Shown one piece after another: positions 48,901 through 60,200 of a stretch of 64,000 nucleotides of DNA. Position numbers and translations under genes: made by a program. Below the pieces are notes generated by a model. The model searched no databases. It was given only the letters and a program-made list of their open reading frames with translations, and had not been told where the DNA came from. This DNA is from Azolla caroliniana. Taxonomy: Eukaryota > Plantae > Polypodiophyta. The stretch is from the NCBI GenBank assembly GCA_043228905.1, contig JBHGNT010000015.1, positions 17,050,001-17,114,000 on the forward strand, written 5' to 3'. Within the stretch, counting starts at the first letter, position 1, and every line of letters begins with the position of its first letter.

Positions 48901-51900
48901 ATGCAAAAAAGCTGGATTTCCCGGATCAAGGGGCAGTCTTCTCAGTGTACTCAAAGCAGCATATTGAAGATTGCTACGTATTGCAGACTGCAACATAATA
49001 AGATAACCATCCCCATTACAGTCACAGAAATATGGAAATATATTATCAAAGCTGAAAGTCATTGAACGCTTGTATTAAAACACATACTTCTTTGTCAACA
49101 GTTTCCCTTCCAAACATTCCTTTTTTCCTCTTCACCTTTCCAGCATCCGACACCTGTCTTGCAAACCAAGCAACTCTCACACTTCCTAGATTACATAATT
49201 GTGGAGCATATAGCCAGTTTAATATATAGTTATGACAAACCTTGTCCAATATGCCAAAAACAATCTCATATAACTTATTCAAAAGATCATCCTCGTTGAT
49301 TGGTGCATATGTAAGTGTCTTTAGCGCTGCAATTCGCCTAGGATGTGCTGAAAGCAAAATGAAATGCATATTTTTGAGCAATAAAAAGAACAGCATTCCA
49401 AAATCTTCTTCAGAACCTAGGATGCACCAAAAGTGATGCTTTATTCCTTGGATACATCAATGCAAGTTGGAGCTTAATAGTAAAAAAAAAAACCATTAGG
49501 GCATCTGGCAGAAACAATTTATTACTTGCAGAGGTATAATGGCTGGGAGGATCTACGAAATCCAGACATCTTTGATGTATTTTTCTAGTTAACAGATACT
49601 GACAATGACAAGGGGATGGAAGTTCGAGTATGCACCAAGAGAAACCCTCTTTCTTTCAAATTGAACTATTAGAAACATTTGTTCAGGAATAGAAACCCTA
49701 ACCCAGCTGCAGGAAGCTAAAACCTCTAAAATGATCTTATATTTAAACTTTCAGGACATCAGATGGAAATGTTAAGTGCAAATTATTAAATAATCTGTGA
49801 GGAAAATGTTTCTGAGCAAAGAAAGGTTTTTGTTGCTTGACATTCTAAATTTTCAAGGTTTTGTCCTAGGAACCAATATGGTTAAAACCTTTTTTATCAG
49901 ACCTACTGAATTAGGAAATGTAGGAAATCTCGATTCTTGTGGTTTTGGTGTTCATAAATCCTCCATCTTGAGGTTTTAGCCTCATGATGAAAAATTTAGT
50001 TGCTGCTGTTTCCTTCTCTATGCCCTGTTCAGAAAATACACTGCCAAACTTCTTTTTACTCATTTTTTGCATCGAGTACTGCCTGAGATGTGCTAATAAC
50101 AAAAGCAACGCATTGACACGTAGCATTTTTCATGACATTGTTTTTCTGTCATTCTGGAGATGTGCTAAGATCAAATGCATTGCTTTGATCATAAACTCCA
50201 TTAATTGAAGCTGAGTGACTTGTAGGTGTTTGTTCCTCCTGAACTCAACATATGAAGCTTTAAAACTAGCCAATCAAGATGATTTATCGCTGAAGAAACA
50301 ACAATATCACCTTCTACATCATCATTAGCTGCCTCCTTTGTCAGTTGCTCTATGATCCTAGGCACAACATCAGCCCTTGTAACTCCTCCGAAGGCGTTGA
50401 GGTCAGCAAGTGCATCCCAATTAGGTGTAGATATCCCGCCACCAGGGGCCGCACCTTGGCTTCCACTATCAGAAAGGATACGGGCAAGATAATAATACAC
50501 ATAGCGCAGCACATGTCTGTCTTCACATTGTTGATGTAACTGTATATCAAATACAAAAATATGGCATGACAGAGACTATCAAAATAGAAATGTCTTACTT
50601 CCATAACCAAACATGTAATACCATAAGTAAGGATGGTGCGAGAGATGGATCGACAGAATTATACACAGCCAGCTTTGGGAAAATTTGATGCAAAAGCTGA
50701 CTTGATGACCCTTTCTGCAAAAATTGAAGTATAATTAGCCCAATCAAAAAAGTCAATACACGAGAAAAGTTATGAATTGAGCTTTATAGACACCTGATCA
50801 GCTGCAGCTGCTAGCTCATGCAGGCTTCTAGCAAGCTGAGAGTAGGATACAGGCTGCAGATTCACACATTAAGTTAGGAACTGAAAACATAATGTCTCTG
50901 AAAGTCTAAAATATTCTGAAAGTCCAAAAACTCCTGGATAACACTCATCGAATATTTAACGTTCATCATGATTTATGGCCACATGCATCCATGTTTCCTG
51001 ACCATATTGTAATTTCAATAATAACAATGAGCTGAAAATATAAACAAAATTAAAGGTTCATTAGGATTTACATCCACATGCATCTATGTCCTCAGTGACC
51101 AAGTCTAGAATTCAAGTAAACATGCATATCTCCATAAGAGCAAGAATACGTTTTAAATTCACAAAAACGTACTAAGGAAGGCTTCAAGCAGAGTTTCAAA
51201 TAGTTACTAGTTGCTATGATCACCAAAACACATACACATTCGAAAATACACTACCTCTACCCCTGAGGATTCTCATGTGGAGAATGATAGAGATATTAAC
51301 AACTTTTAAGTGGCCAAAATGGCCTATAAAAGCAAACAAGAGATTACATCTTAAAATGTTGTCTCATCTTTGAGAAACAACAAACCAAAATAAATGTCAC
51401 AAAGTAAAAAACGTAGAAGTGACTAAAGAGATCCGTTATCTATACATATAAGGTTCTCAAGCCAGATGGATTGTAATTTTTGTCTTCAAAATATCTCTAG
51501 CAGAGGTCTTTTAAGAGGCCAAAATAGTCTATAAGATTGAACAAGAGATTAGATCTTAAACTGATTTTTGTCTTTGAGAACAACAAACTAAAATTAATAT
51601 AACTAACATAGCATACTAAAGAAACTAAATATCTAAGAACTTAAGATTCTCAACTTAAATATGACGAAACTTCTGCCTTCGAAAATAGGATAATACAATT
51701 AGAATATGTGTTATAGACTGAAACTTCTGTCTTCTGACTGAAAAGTAATAAAAAATTTGAGATACTTATACATGTAATAGTTCTAATGACATATCCATAA
51801 GGATGCCATGTTCGGAATGGAGAAAAGAATGATTTGAGCAAGAGATTAGATGTGTAGTTTGAACATAAATAATCACTATCTTGCAGAGATGAGATTGATA

Positions 51901-53875
51901 GTTTTGCCTCACAATACTACTGGTAAAAAGTTATCCTTGTTGATAGCAACCCTTTTCATCACCAAAAACAAAGAAAGTTACTGCAAGCAGTAATAGGTAT
52001 CTTCGTTTGAGCTAATCTGATAGCTTACTAGACTACAATAAACATAATGATGTGGGGACATTTAAGATTTTCTAATAGGTGATATTATAATGGCCCAGCT
52101 TCTAAGAATGAGCACCTCAAATGTGTCAAATAATCATGTGACCCTGCACGCCACAATATACCTTACAACGACCCTCATAATGTGATGGCATCTAAGAACA
52201 GCATGACGGACTCCATGATGTAACTACAAGCATATATCAATCAGCCTCCAATCCAATTAAGAAAAGGTAACAAAAGACTAATGAATCCACAAGCTAAGCC
52301 GGAAGAAGTGTACTATTGTAAGTTAAACAATAACATAATGGCCCGGATTCTAAGAAGGAGCAGCTCAAATGTGTCATATAATCATGTGATCATGGACTCC
52401 ACAATATACCTTGCAGTGTGAATGATCATAATATCATGACATGCAACAACAGTATGACAAACTCTATGATATAAACTAGAAGCATATAGCAGTCAGCATC
52501 TAATCTAACGAGCACAAGGCGAGAAACACCGATGAATTCACAAGCTAAGCTGGAAGATGTGTAATATAGTAAATCAAACGAACAAAAAATAGCATTAGTG
52601 TTAACATCTACTGTTAAAACTCATTATCATCCAAAATGTTTAGGACACCTCGAAGCTCAAAGACCGTCACTTTGCAAGCTCCAATTTCCTCAGAAAAAAG
52701 TAGCATTGACCTGCTTGAAATAATTTTGCTCCTCAAAGTGTTTATTTACACAAAAGTAGAATCTTTATAGTCTTTTTTCACTTGTCCTCAAGAAAACAAG
52801 TAGAGGATTTCCTGCCTCCTTGCAAGTTTATGTACTATCCTTTAAAACCAACCATCTACCCAATCAATATTACATTGCTACTTATTTTAGCATGTCCTAG
52901 TGTTTGTGCCATGCTAATCCCCAATGTCTTTATGATAAAACCTGTGAGTTCTTCTAGCAACCCACAACAATAATCTCCAGCCTACATTGTTAAAGCAGTT
53001 CTTCGAAAATAACTGGCAGGCATACAGCATTCCCCAACTTTTTATATAGTCACCTACATAGATTAGTACAGTATTTCACACTCAATGCATGCCACGTTGT
53101 CATATCTTCACACTCAATATGTGATGTTACACACTAGAAACAGACACTTACATTGAACAAAATTGGTGGAAGTTTGTAAAAATATACACTACCACTAAAT
53201 TGCATTGTTTTAATGAACAATGATTCTTTTCTCACTTTGAAAAAATTGCCTACAAAATATGTTGCATCCAACAATTGAAAGGAAAATACAGCAGTGTGAG
53301 TTTAGTCTTGATATCCAATAGCACACTTTTAGTTAGCACATATTATACAAATTCTGCAGATGGAATGGTACAATTTTTCAGCTATTATTTATCTCGTGCA
53401 ATTATACCATTTTGGATATATATGTCTAATGAAAATCATAACATTTTCCACGAAGATATTTCTCTTCTTTACAATTGGTACCCAATACTGAAAATGCAGC
53501 TTCTACACTATGTGTAGATTCATTATTAGCAATTATATCAAAATTTCTGATATGATGTATTGATAAAATTCAAATGTGATAATTCACGTTTCGACAACAA
53601 AAAAGGGAGCATCAAAGGAGCACCTTTTTCTTCTTTGTAATAGGCACAAGACTATTTTTCACAGGGGCGAGAAGCCGAGCAGGAGATAATGAATCAGCCG
53701 ACAAAGAAGAAGCAGGAGATGGCTTCTTCGATCCTTTATTAGACTGGTCAGTTACACCTTTACCTAGCGCAGGGAGACTCGAAGAAGAATTAGTAGCTGT
53801 AGTAGCGAGAGGATTCGGATCCGAAGTGATGAGATCCATGAGAGTCATGCTCCCTGATTCTTGATTGTTCGCCAT
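39956..53875 (-). CDS. TASH3: TPLATE-complex subunit TASH3 (SH3 domain protein), 26 exons, about 1207 aa
   Basis: Exons 53875-53624, 50853-50794, 50714-50622, 50539-50311, 49347-49241, 49153-49088, 48987-48887, 48740-48646, 48529-48509, 48423-48328, 48245-48125, 47910-47722, 47649-47441, 46283-46012, 45920-45819, 43543-43367, 43228-43040, 42968-42730, 42646-42500, 41923-41719, 41580-41452, 41371-41234, 41041-40955, 40407-40240, 40175-40116, 40027-39956 (3624 nt, all GT-AG). N-terminal TLMDLITSDP and PKLAVYNSVDPSLAPSLLM; C-terminal SH3 ALYDFTAGGDEELNLTAGEDLEIEYEVDGWF..GLVPVLY. Confidence 0.95.
45093..45320 (+). mobile_element. Family-A LINE internal fragment in a TASH3 intron
   Basis: gaatacctctagaagaaagaatttgccaattgtgt matches about 34745-34780. 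Confidence 0.7.
46440..47185 (+). mobile_element. Family-A LINE 3' fragment with CT-rich tail in a TASH3 intron
   Basis: Collinear with about 34775-35485, including the 3' UTR. Confidence 0.85.
47953..48126. repeat. 58-bp x3 tandem repeat spanning the exon-11 splice donor of TASH3
   Basis: taacaaacagaaacttctttaataaaataaagcat at 47956, 48014 and 48072. Confidence 0.95.
51290..51600 (-). mobile_element. Two adjacent short family-A LINE 3'-end copies
   Basis: ttttaag(t/a)ggccaaaat..ctataa...aacaagagatta at about 51304 and 51509 is the reverse complement of the family-A 3' UTR. Confidence 0.75.
52086..52580. repeat. Diverged tandem duplication of about 250 bp in TASH3 intron 1
   Basis: taatggccc...ttctaagaa.gagca.ctcaaatgtgtca.ataatcatgtga at about 52088 and 52337. 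Confidence 0.85.
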
Positions 53876-54492
53876 AGCTTTCTTCCTTTTAATAATGACG
53901 GAGTTTTAGATCCAACCTCTTTCTGATGTTCTAGAAGAGGGGGGGAAGCATTTCTTTCAGATTCTTTCTGCTGATCTTCAGGATTTCTTCTCTCCTTTTC
54001 TTCTGATTCCGGTGTCTTGAAAACAGCCTACGGATCTAAGGATTTCTGCATTTAGGGAAGAAACTCGGCCATGGATCCAGAGCTACACCTGCTATGGAGA
54101 AGGAGAAGAGGTGCATAGAGAAGCACAGCTTGAGGAGGCATGGAGTTCTCCCAGTTTCCCTTAATTCTCTGAAATGCCCCTCCTGCCCCTAAAATCATAT
54201 TTTCTGAAATTCCCCAAAATACCCCTATGGACTTCTTCTTCTTCTTCTTCTTCTTTTAGTTAGTGTAGTAGTGGAGCTAAAATGTTTGTTGAGGAGCAGG
54301 AACCCCACACCTTCCTCTTCGTGGAGCTCTGCCAACTACCATTCAAGACCCTCACCCTGTAATCTCCCGTATATATCTTCATCTAGATATTTCTTGTTCC
54401 ACTCTCGGTTTAGTTGTAAAACCTTACTAACCATCCGATTTACACAATTTTTGTTGTTTTTCCCACCCTAGATTTTTCAGATTCGTAGTTCC

Positions 54493-54810
54493 GGCCTTGA
54501 ATGCGAGATTAGCACTAATCTTTTGCACTAGCCACCAAATCTCCCCCTCATTGGTGCCTTTTCAAATTCTCGCGCCAAAAACTGAAAACCTTTTCAGGAA
54601 GCCCAATATTCATGTAAAAGGAGCCTTCGACTCAAGCAAGCCTTTGACTCTGGCCTTGAATGCGAGATTAGCACTAATCTTTTGCACTAGCCACCAAATC
54701 TCCCCCTCATTGGTGCCTTTTCAAATTCTCGCGCCAAAAATTGAAAACCTTTTTAGGAAGCCCAATATTCATGTAAAAGGAGCCTTCGACTCAAGCAAGC
54801 CTTTGACTCC
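54493..54810. repeat. 159-bp near-perfect tandem duplication upstream of TASH3
   Basis: ggccttgaatgcgagattagcac.. at 54493 and 54652. Confidence 0.95.
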
Positions 54811-54825
54811 AATGAGTCTTCAACT

Positions 54826-56735
54826 TGTAAAAACAAATAGCGTGCGGAAGCAATAAAAACAGAAAACAGAGAACAAAGAATAGGTTTAATGGAGAGCTTA
54901 ACAGTACGTGGAAGAGACAGAGAGAGAGAGAGAAACAAGAATCTCTATTCAAAAATTATATCAACACTCTGTACATCGTATGTGTTCAGCGAACACTTTT
55001 ATACAAGTCCATACGGACTGACAGAAGTACAGTGTACTTCAATGCTCACTCAAGCGTCTGACACTAACTACGAGAGTAATAACTCCCTAGTATTCTAGTT
55101 GCTACTAGGCTTTCGGTTACTGATGGATCCGGCTAACCGGCTCTTTTGCTCACCGGGTGCTCACCGGCTCACCGATCCGTCTCGCTCATCGGCTTAGGCT
55201 TATCCAGCCGATCCGGCTCCAATTGAGCTTGCCGCTCAACACTCCCCCCTCAAGCTCAACTTGAGGTCAGGTCGTAGTGTCAACGTCTATGGCAACCGGT
55301 CCTTCTGCCCGGCTCCTTCTGGCGTCACTCCGCCTTGCTCGCGCTCCTCGTCCGGTCCAGTTCTGTTTGCCGCGACCCCTCTTGTTCTGTGCACCTCGAC
55401 CTCCTCGGTCGGCTTGTCTGCTCAACAGGCCCAACACGCTGCTGCGACTTTGGTGCGTGCCGATTCGCCGATTCCTTCGTGTTGGCGTCGACTTTCGCTG
55501 CCTTCTCGTCCTCTTGGCCTTGAATTGATCCGGTTCTTCTGAATTTGTCTGTTGAACCGAATCGGTTGCTCCCGATTCATCTTTTGGTTCCAGGCCCTTC
55601 ACCACATCGGACCATGTCCGAGTCTTGGCCTTCTTCTTTCGATCGGCTCTGTCCTTCTTGACTCTGCCGCCGCTGCCGCTTGTTCCGACGTGTTCGGATG
55701 TGTCGACTTCCTTTGTTGACTTGACTCCTTTCTTCTTCTTGACTCTCCCTTCGTCGGTTCTTCCCTCACCGGCACAATCGGTAGTCTCTTTGCCTTTGCC
55801 CATTCCAGTGTCTTTTCGTTGGCATCAAGTGCCCGCATCTCTTCTTCCATAGCGGCATGCCAATGTGCGTCCTTTGCCGCTTCTGCATAGCTCTCCGGCT
55901 CACGCACTTCCGCCACCTTGGTCATGTATGCATAGTGATGCGCCATGTACTCATTGTACCCGTACCGCTTAACAGGTTCCTTCTGGCGGGTTGATCGGCG
56001 TAACCCACCGTTACTCGGTTTGAGGCCCTTCTTGGCCGGTTCGGTCTTCGGTGCCGAAGAACCATCATTTTCCTTTCTGGAGTCGGATCCACTCTGATTC
56101 GACTCATCATTACCGGTTTCATAATTCGGCATCTTCTTCTTCCCCTTCTCTTTGCGCGTGAACCGACTCCTCGGTTCCTTGCGTGGGGAGAGCATGAACA
56201 GAGTCTTCACTACTCGCCGGTTCTTCTTCTGGCTGGTCGGATTGACCCAGTCTCTCGTTCGGCCCACTCAACCGAAACGATTCCGGACTCTCTTCTTGAG
56301 TCTCGGAACTTCATCATCTTCTAGCTGGACCGGTTCAGGCTCACTAGCCTCATCCTCCGGTATCGGGTCGGGGTCAGAAGTCGGAGCTGGTAAGGCATAC
56401 CATGATGCCATCTCATCAAACTCAACATCACGGCTAACTCGGACCTACTTCGTTCGGGGGTTATAACACTTATACCCCTTTTGCTCATGTGAGTAGCCGA
56501 CGAGGATGCACTTCTCTGATTTTGCATCCAGCTTCCTCCGCTTCTCATCCGACACATGCACATATGCTATGCTGCCGAAAATCCGAAGGTGTCTCAAATT
56601 CAACTTGTGCCCGAAATACAGCTCATGCGCGAACACCTTGTCACCGATCCGGTTTTGGATGTAGACGGTAGTCCAGACCGCCTCCGCCCAGTAAAAATGG
56701 GGCATGCTCTTTTCTTCCAGCATTGCCCTTGCCGC
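54826..56735 (-). mobile_element. Ty1/Copia 3' portion (integrase C-terminus, RT/RNase H deleted), interrupted at 56736 by Gypsy
   Basis: 3' LTR tgtaaaaac..gctcaaca at about 54826-55241; PPT at 55242-55254; YWAEAV..LRIFGS..KLDAKSEKCILVGY and EPESYAEA..WHAAMEEEM, followed by no RT. Confidence 0.9.
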
Positions 56736-57239
56736 TGTTGTCCATAGGCCAAAAATATAAATTAGTTAAATATAATACGCTGGTAGGTAAGGCGAGTAGG
56801 TAAGGTAGAGTTAGGTAAACGCCGAGTTTCGAGCCTCACAGTCAGCCGATCGCTTGGCTCTGTATGAAGAAAAAGTATATAAACCGAGGTCTGCGTACCT
56901 CGGCAGGAGAGAGATATCTAGAGCCTAGGCGAGGTCGTTTTATAGTTATAAGAGCTTGTAAGGTCACCAGCTGTGGGCCGTGTTTTTTTGTAATCATCGA
57001 TAACTGTTTGCAGGAATACATATCTAGTAGCTCTTGTTGTTTTCATCTGTGTGCCGTCGTTTCTAAGGTCTCAACTACGTATACGACCTGGGCTCTATTC
57101 CGGGTATGCTCTCCGTTTTCTTCCCCTAACGACGCCTCCGTGCACAAGTCTTCACGTTACACTTCCCTTGATACCGATAGCTTGTAGGCATATCAAAGGT
57201 GTTTCCAACAGAACGGTTAACACAATTTGGCACACCCGA

Positions 57240-60200
57240 TTACAGCTGTGAGATCACAGCGAACTACGTTGAAGACAACCTTCAGCCGCCATTACGGCGC
57301 CCAATCGCACCAAGCGGTCTCGCCCATCTGGCCGACGCCTTGAGCCAGTCGAAGGAACTTCTGACTCGGAGGTCACGAACCAGTCTTTCCAAGAAATATC
57401 GGAGGCTCACCGGTTGCAATCCTCGCCACCTGCTACTCGGTCGCGAGTTGAGTCCACACCAACCTCTCCACCAAGCCCTCCAGAGGTCACCCACCCTGAC
57501 CCTAACCTTTTCCGGTTTTACCGGAAGACCCCGAATTCGATACCATGTCGTATCCTTACCCACGATACATCGACAGCCTGGACGCAGAGTCGCACATCCG
57601 TGCCTTCGTGTCCACCTGGCAGGCCAACCACAACGACTCTCGCCTACCGAAATCGAGGCCAACTACGTGATGGTATTCTTGCCTCGACGCAGGGGAGTTT
57701 GTCACCTTCCACGACGTTCACACGCAGTTCCTAGAACTGTTCCATCGCAAGGTGCCCAAACGAGAATTGCTCCGACAGTTCTTTTCCATGCGACAAGAAC
57801 CGCACGAGACGGTTGCACAGTTCACGATCTAGTTCCGGGATCTCTACAGACAAGTGGCCGACGATGTCTCTGCACAACACATTCCGGACGCATTCCTGTC
57901 CAGCTTACGGGAGCCTCTACGGATGACTCTCGCACTTACTAATTTTGCCAACCAAACAATCGAGCAAGTCATAGCGCGCGTCCTCGCCCTTGATTGGACT
58001 CAGCAAAACACGACTTTCTCTATGAGTTCATTGCAAAGCGCCCTTCCCCATGAGGACAATCGCTTCCGCCAAGCCCTTCAATGCACAGTTTGCTCGGGAT
58101 CGGGCCATCTGGCCCTCGAATGTCCTCACTAGCCATAGTGTCCGATCTGCCAGTCCCGATCTCACACTGTCGAGCAATGTGAATACAATATGCTCAACCG
58201 CACAACGACGGCCCCGGTTCGCCAGATCGAGCCCAGGGATACATACTCTTGTCAGGACAAGCGACAATCCTACCGGAACCAGGATAACCAACAATCTCGA
58301 TCGCCGGATAGACGGCGCCGTGAGGACGACTACCGTCGGGACGACGACCGTTACCGAAATGACAACCGACGGAGATCGGACGACCGCCGTGATCGCTATC
58401 ACGATGGCCAGTATCGGGCAAACGACGATTATGATCGGAATGAAGATGATCGGGATGACCAATACGATCAGAGAAATTCCTGTAATGATCGGCGCAACTC
58501 TCACCGAGGATCTCGCAACAACAGAAGGAATAACAACAACCGTCGACGGGACCCCCCGCAAAATGAACCGCGCAGCTCAAACGCGCCTTGGACCAACCCA
58601 CCAACACATGAGGCCAGGAATCAACCGCACCCCCCCCCACACACACAGATTGGGCTGGTACCAGCAACTCGGCTGTCGTTACCTGGTTCAAGTGCAATCA
58701 ACCTAGTCACTACGCTACACAATGCCCAACAACAGACCGCGGAAAGGCTCCTGCCGTGAATAGTATTATGGCTGACGTGCAAAACGTCACAACACGCAGT
58801 AAAGCCCAGGCTACCCCATGGCAAGTACAAGATGAAGTCCGGTAAGCAGCCAAAGAATGGATGGATACAGCCAACAAAAACAATGTGGTGCGGATGCAAA
58901 CAGAAATGGGAGACGCGACCATCGAACCAACACAGTCCTCAGCACCATCCACGTCGACAGAAGATGACCAGTTGTGGGATGCCCTTACTAGTTCCAGGAT
59001 CTCCTTGCCTCTACATAAACTCTTACCACTCATGTCGCGTTTTTGGGACACCTTGGCTACACTCACGGCCAACACCCATTCCACCGCGCCACCTGTGCAC
59101 CTGACTGAGCTAGGAACGGGTCCACCCCTCATGGATGCGCAGAATCCAGCCATAAAAATTATGATTAAAGGAAGGGACCTGCATGGGTGCATAATCGACG
59201 GCGACTCTGGCGTGAATGTCATCAGCGAGGCTACCTGTCATAAACTCGGCTTGAATCAATGGGAACCTTGCCCCTTTTGGCTTCGGATGGCCGACACACG
59301 ATCGGTTCGCCCCATCGGATTAATCTGCCACCTCGACTTTACTCTAGGAGGCCACATGTTCACTATCTCGGCCGTTGTATTACGACTCGAAGCATAGGGG
59401 GCTTACCCAATGTTACTGGGCAAACCATGGTCGTGCACAACAAATATCAAACAACATTGGCAGCGCAACATGATCTCGTTTCGCCGAGGAAAGACCAAGG
59501 TCTGGATCATAACCGAAGAACGCGTAACCACGCCCAACACCTCGCCGTTATATGCGGAAGGGGTGCACATGGTCGACGGGTTAGCCGATGACAAGGTGGA
59601 TGACTTCCTAGAAGATCATCCCACTATCATACCTCTCTTCGAAATCGACGCCATGACGGCCGTCGGCACACCTCTAGATGAGGAGGTCACTGTGAATACA
59701 CCTCCCCATGAGGAGCCCGATCCCACCACCATCGCAGAATTACGACACGTTTAGGACGCTTTTGAACGCGAACTCGCCATCTCCTAAAGAGTGAAGGCAT
59801 CAACGCTCGAAACAGTGAACCTCGGTTCGGACGAGAACGAGCAGCCCTCATACACTTACTCACCGATTACCAGGATGTATTTGCATGGTCTTACATGGAT
59901 ATGAAGGGTTTGGACCCTCAATACTACCAACACCAGATCCATCTTCTCCCGGACGCTCGGCCGGTTCAGCAAAGACGATACCGGATGAACCCCAATTATG
60001 CGGCTAAGGTCAAGGAAGAAATAGACAAGCTCCTCCAAGTCAGGTTCATACGACCTGTAAAACATGCCACATGGTTAAGCCCAATCGTCGTCGTCCCCAA
60101 GAAAAACGAGAAAATCCGAGTCTGTGTCGACTACCACAAGCTTAATGTTGCAACGGTCACGGATGGATTCCCTCTCCCGTTCACGGATAGCGTTCTCGAC

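Noticed and set aside
54497-54856. 119-aa ORF with an internal repeat
   Set aside because: A product of the 159-bp DNA duplication with a non-ATG start.
58028-58759. Overlapping long ORFs in several frames (RD-rich, T-rich, V-rich)
   Set aside because: The RD-rich plus-strand frame is the gag tail of the Gypsy; the others are shadows of its repetitive codons.
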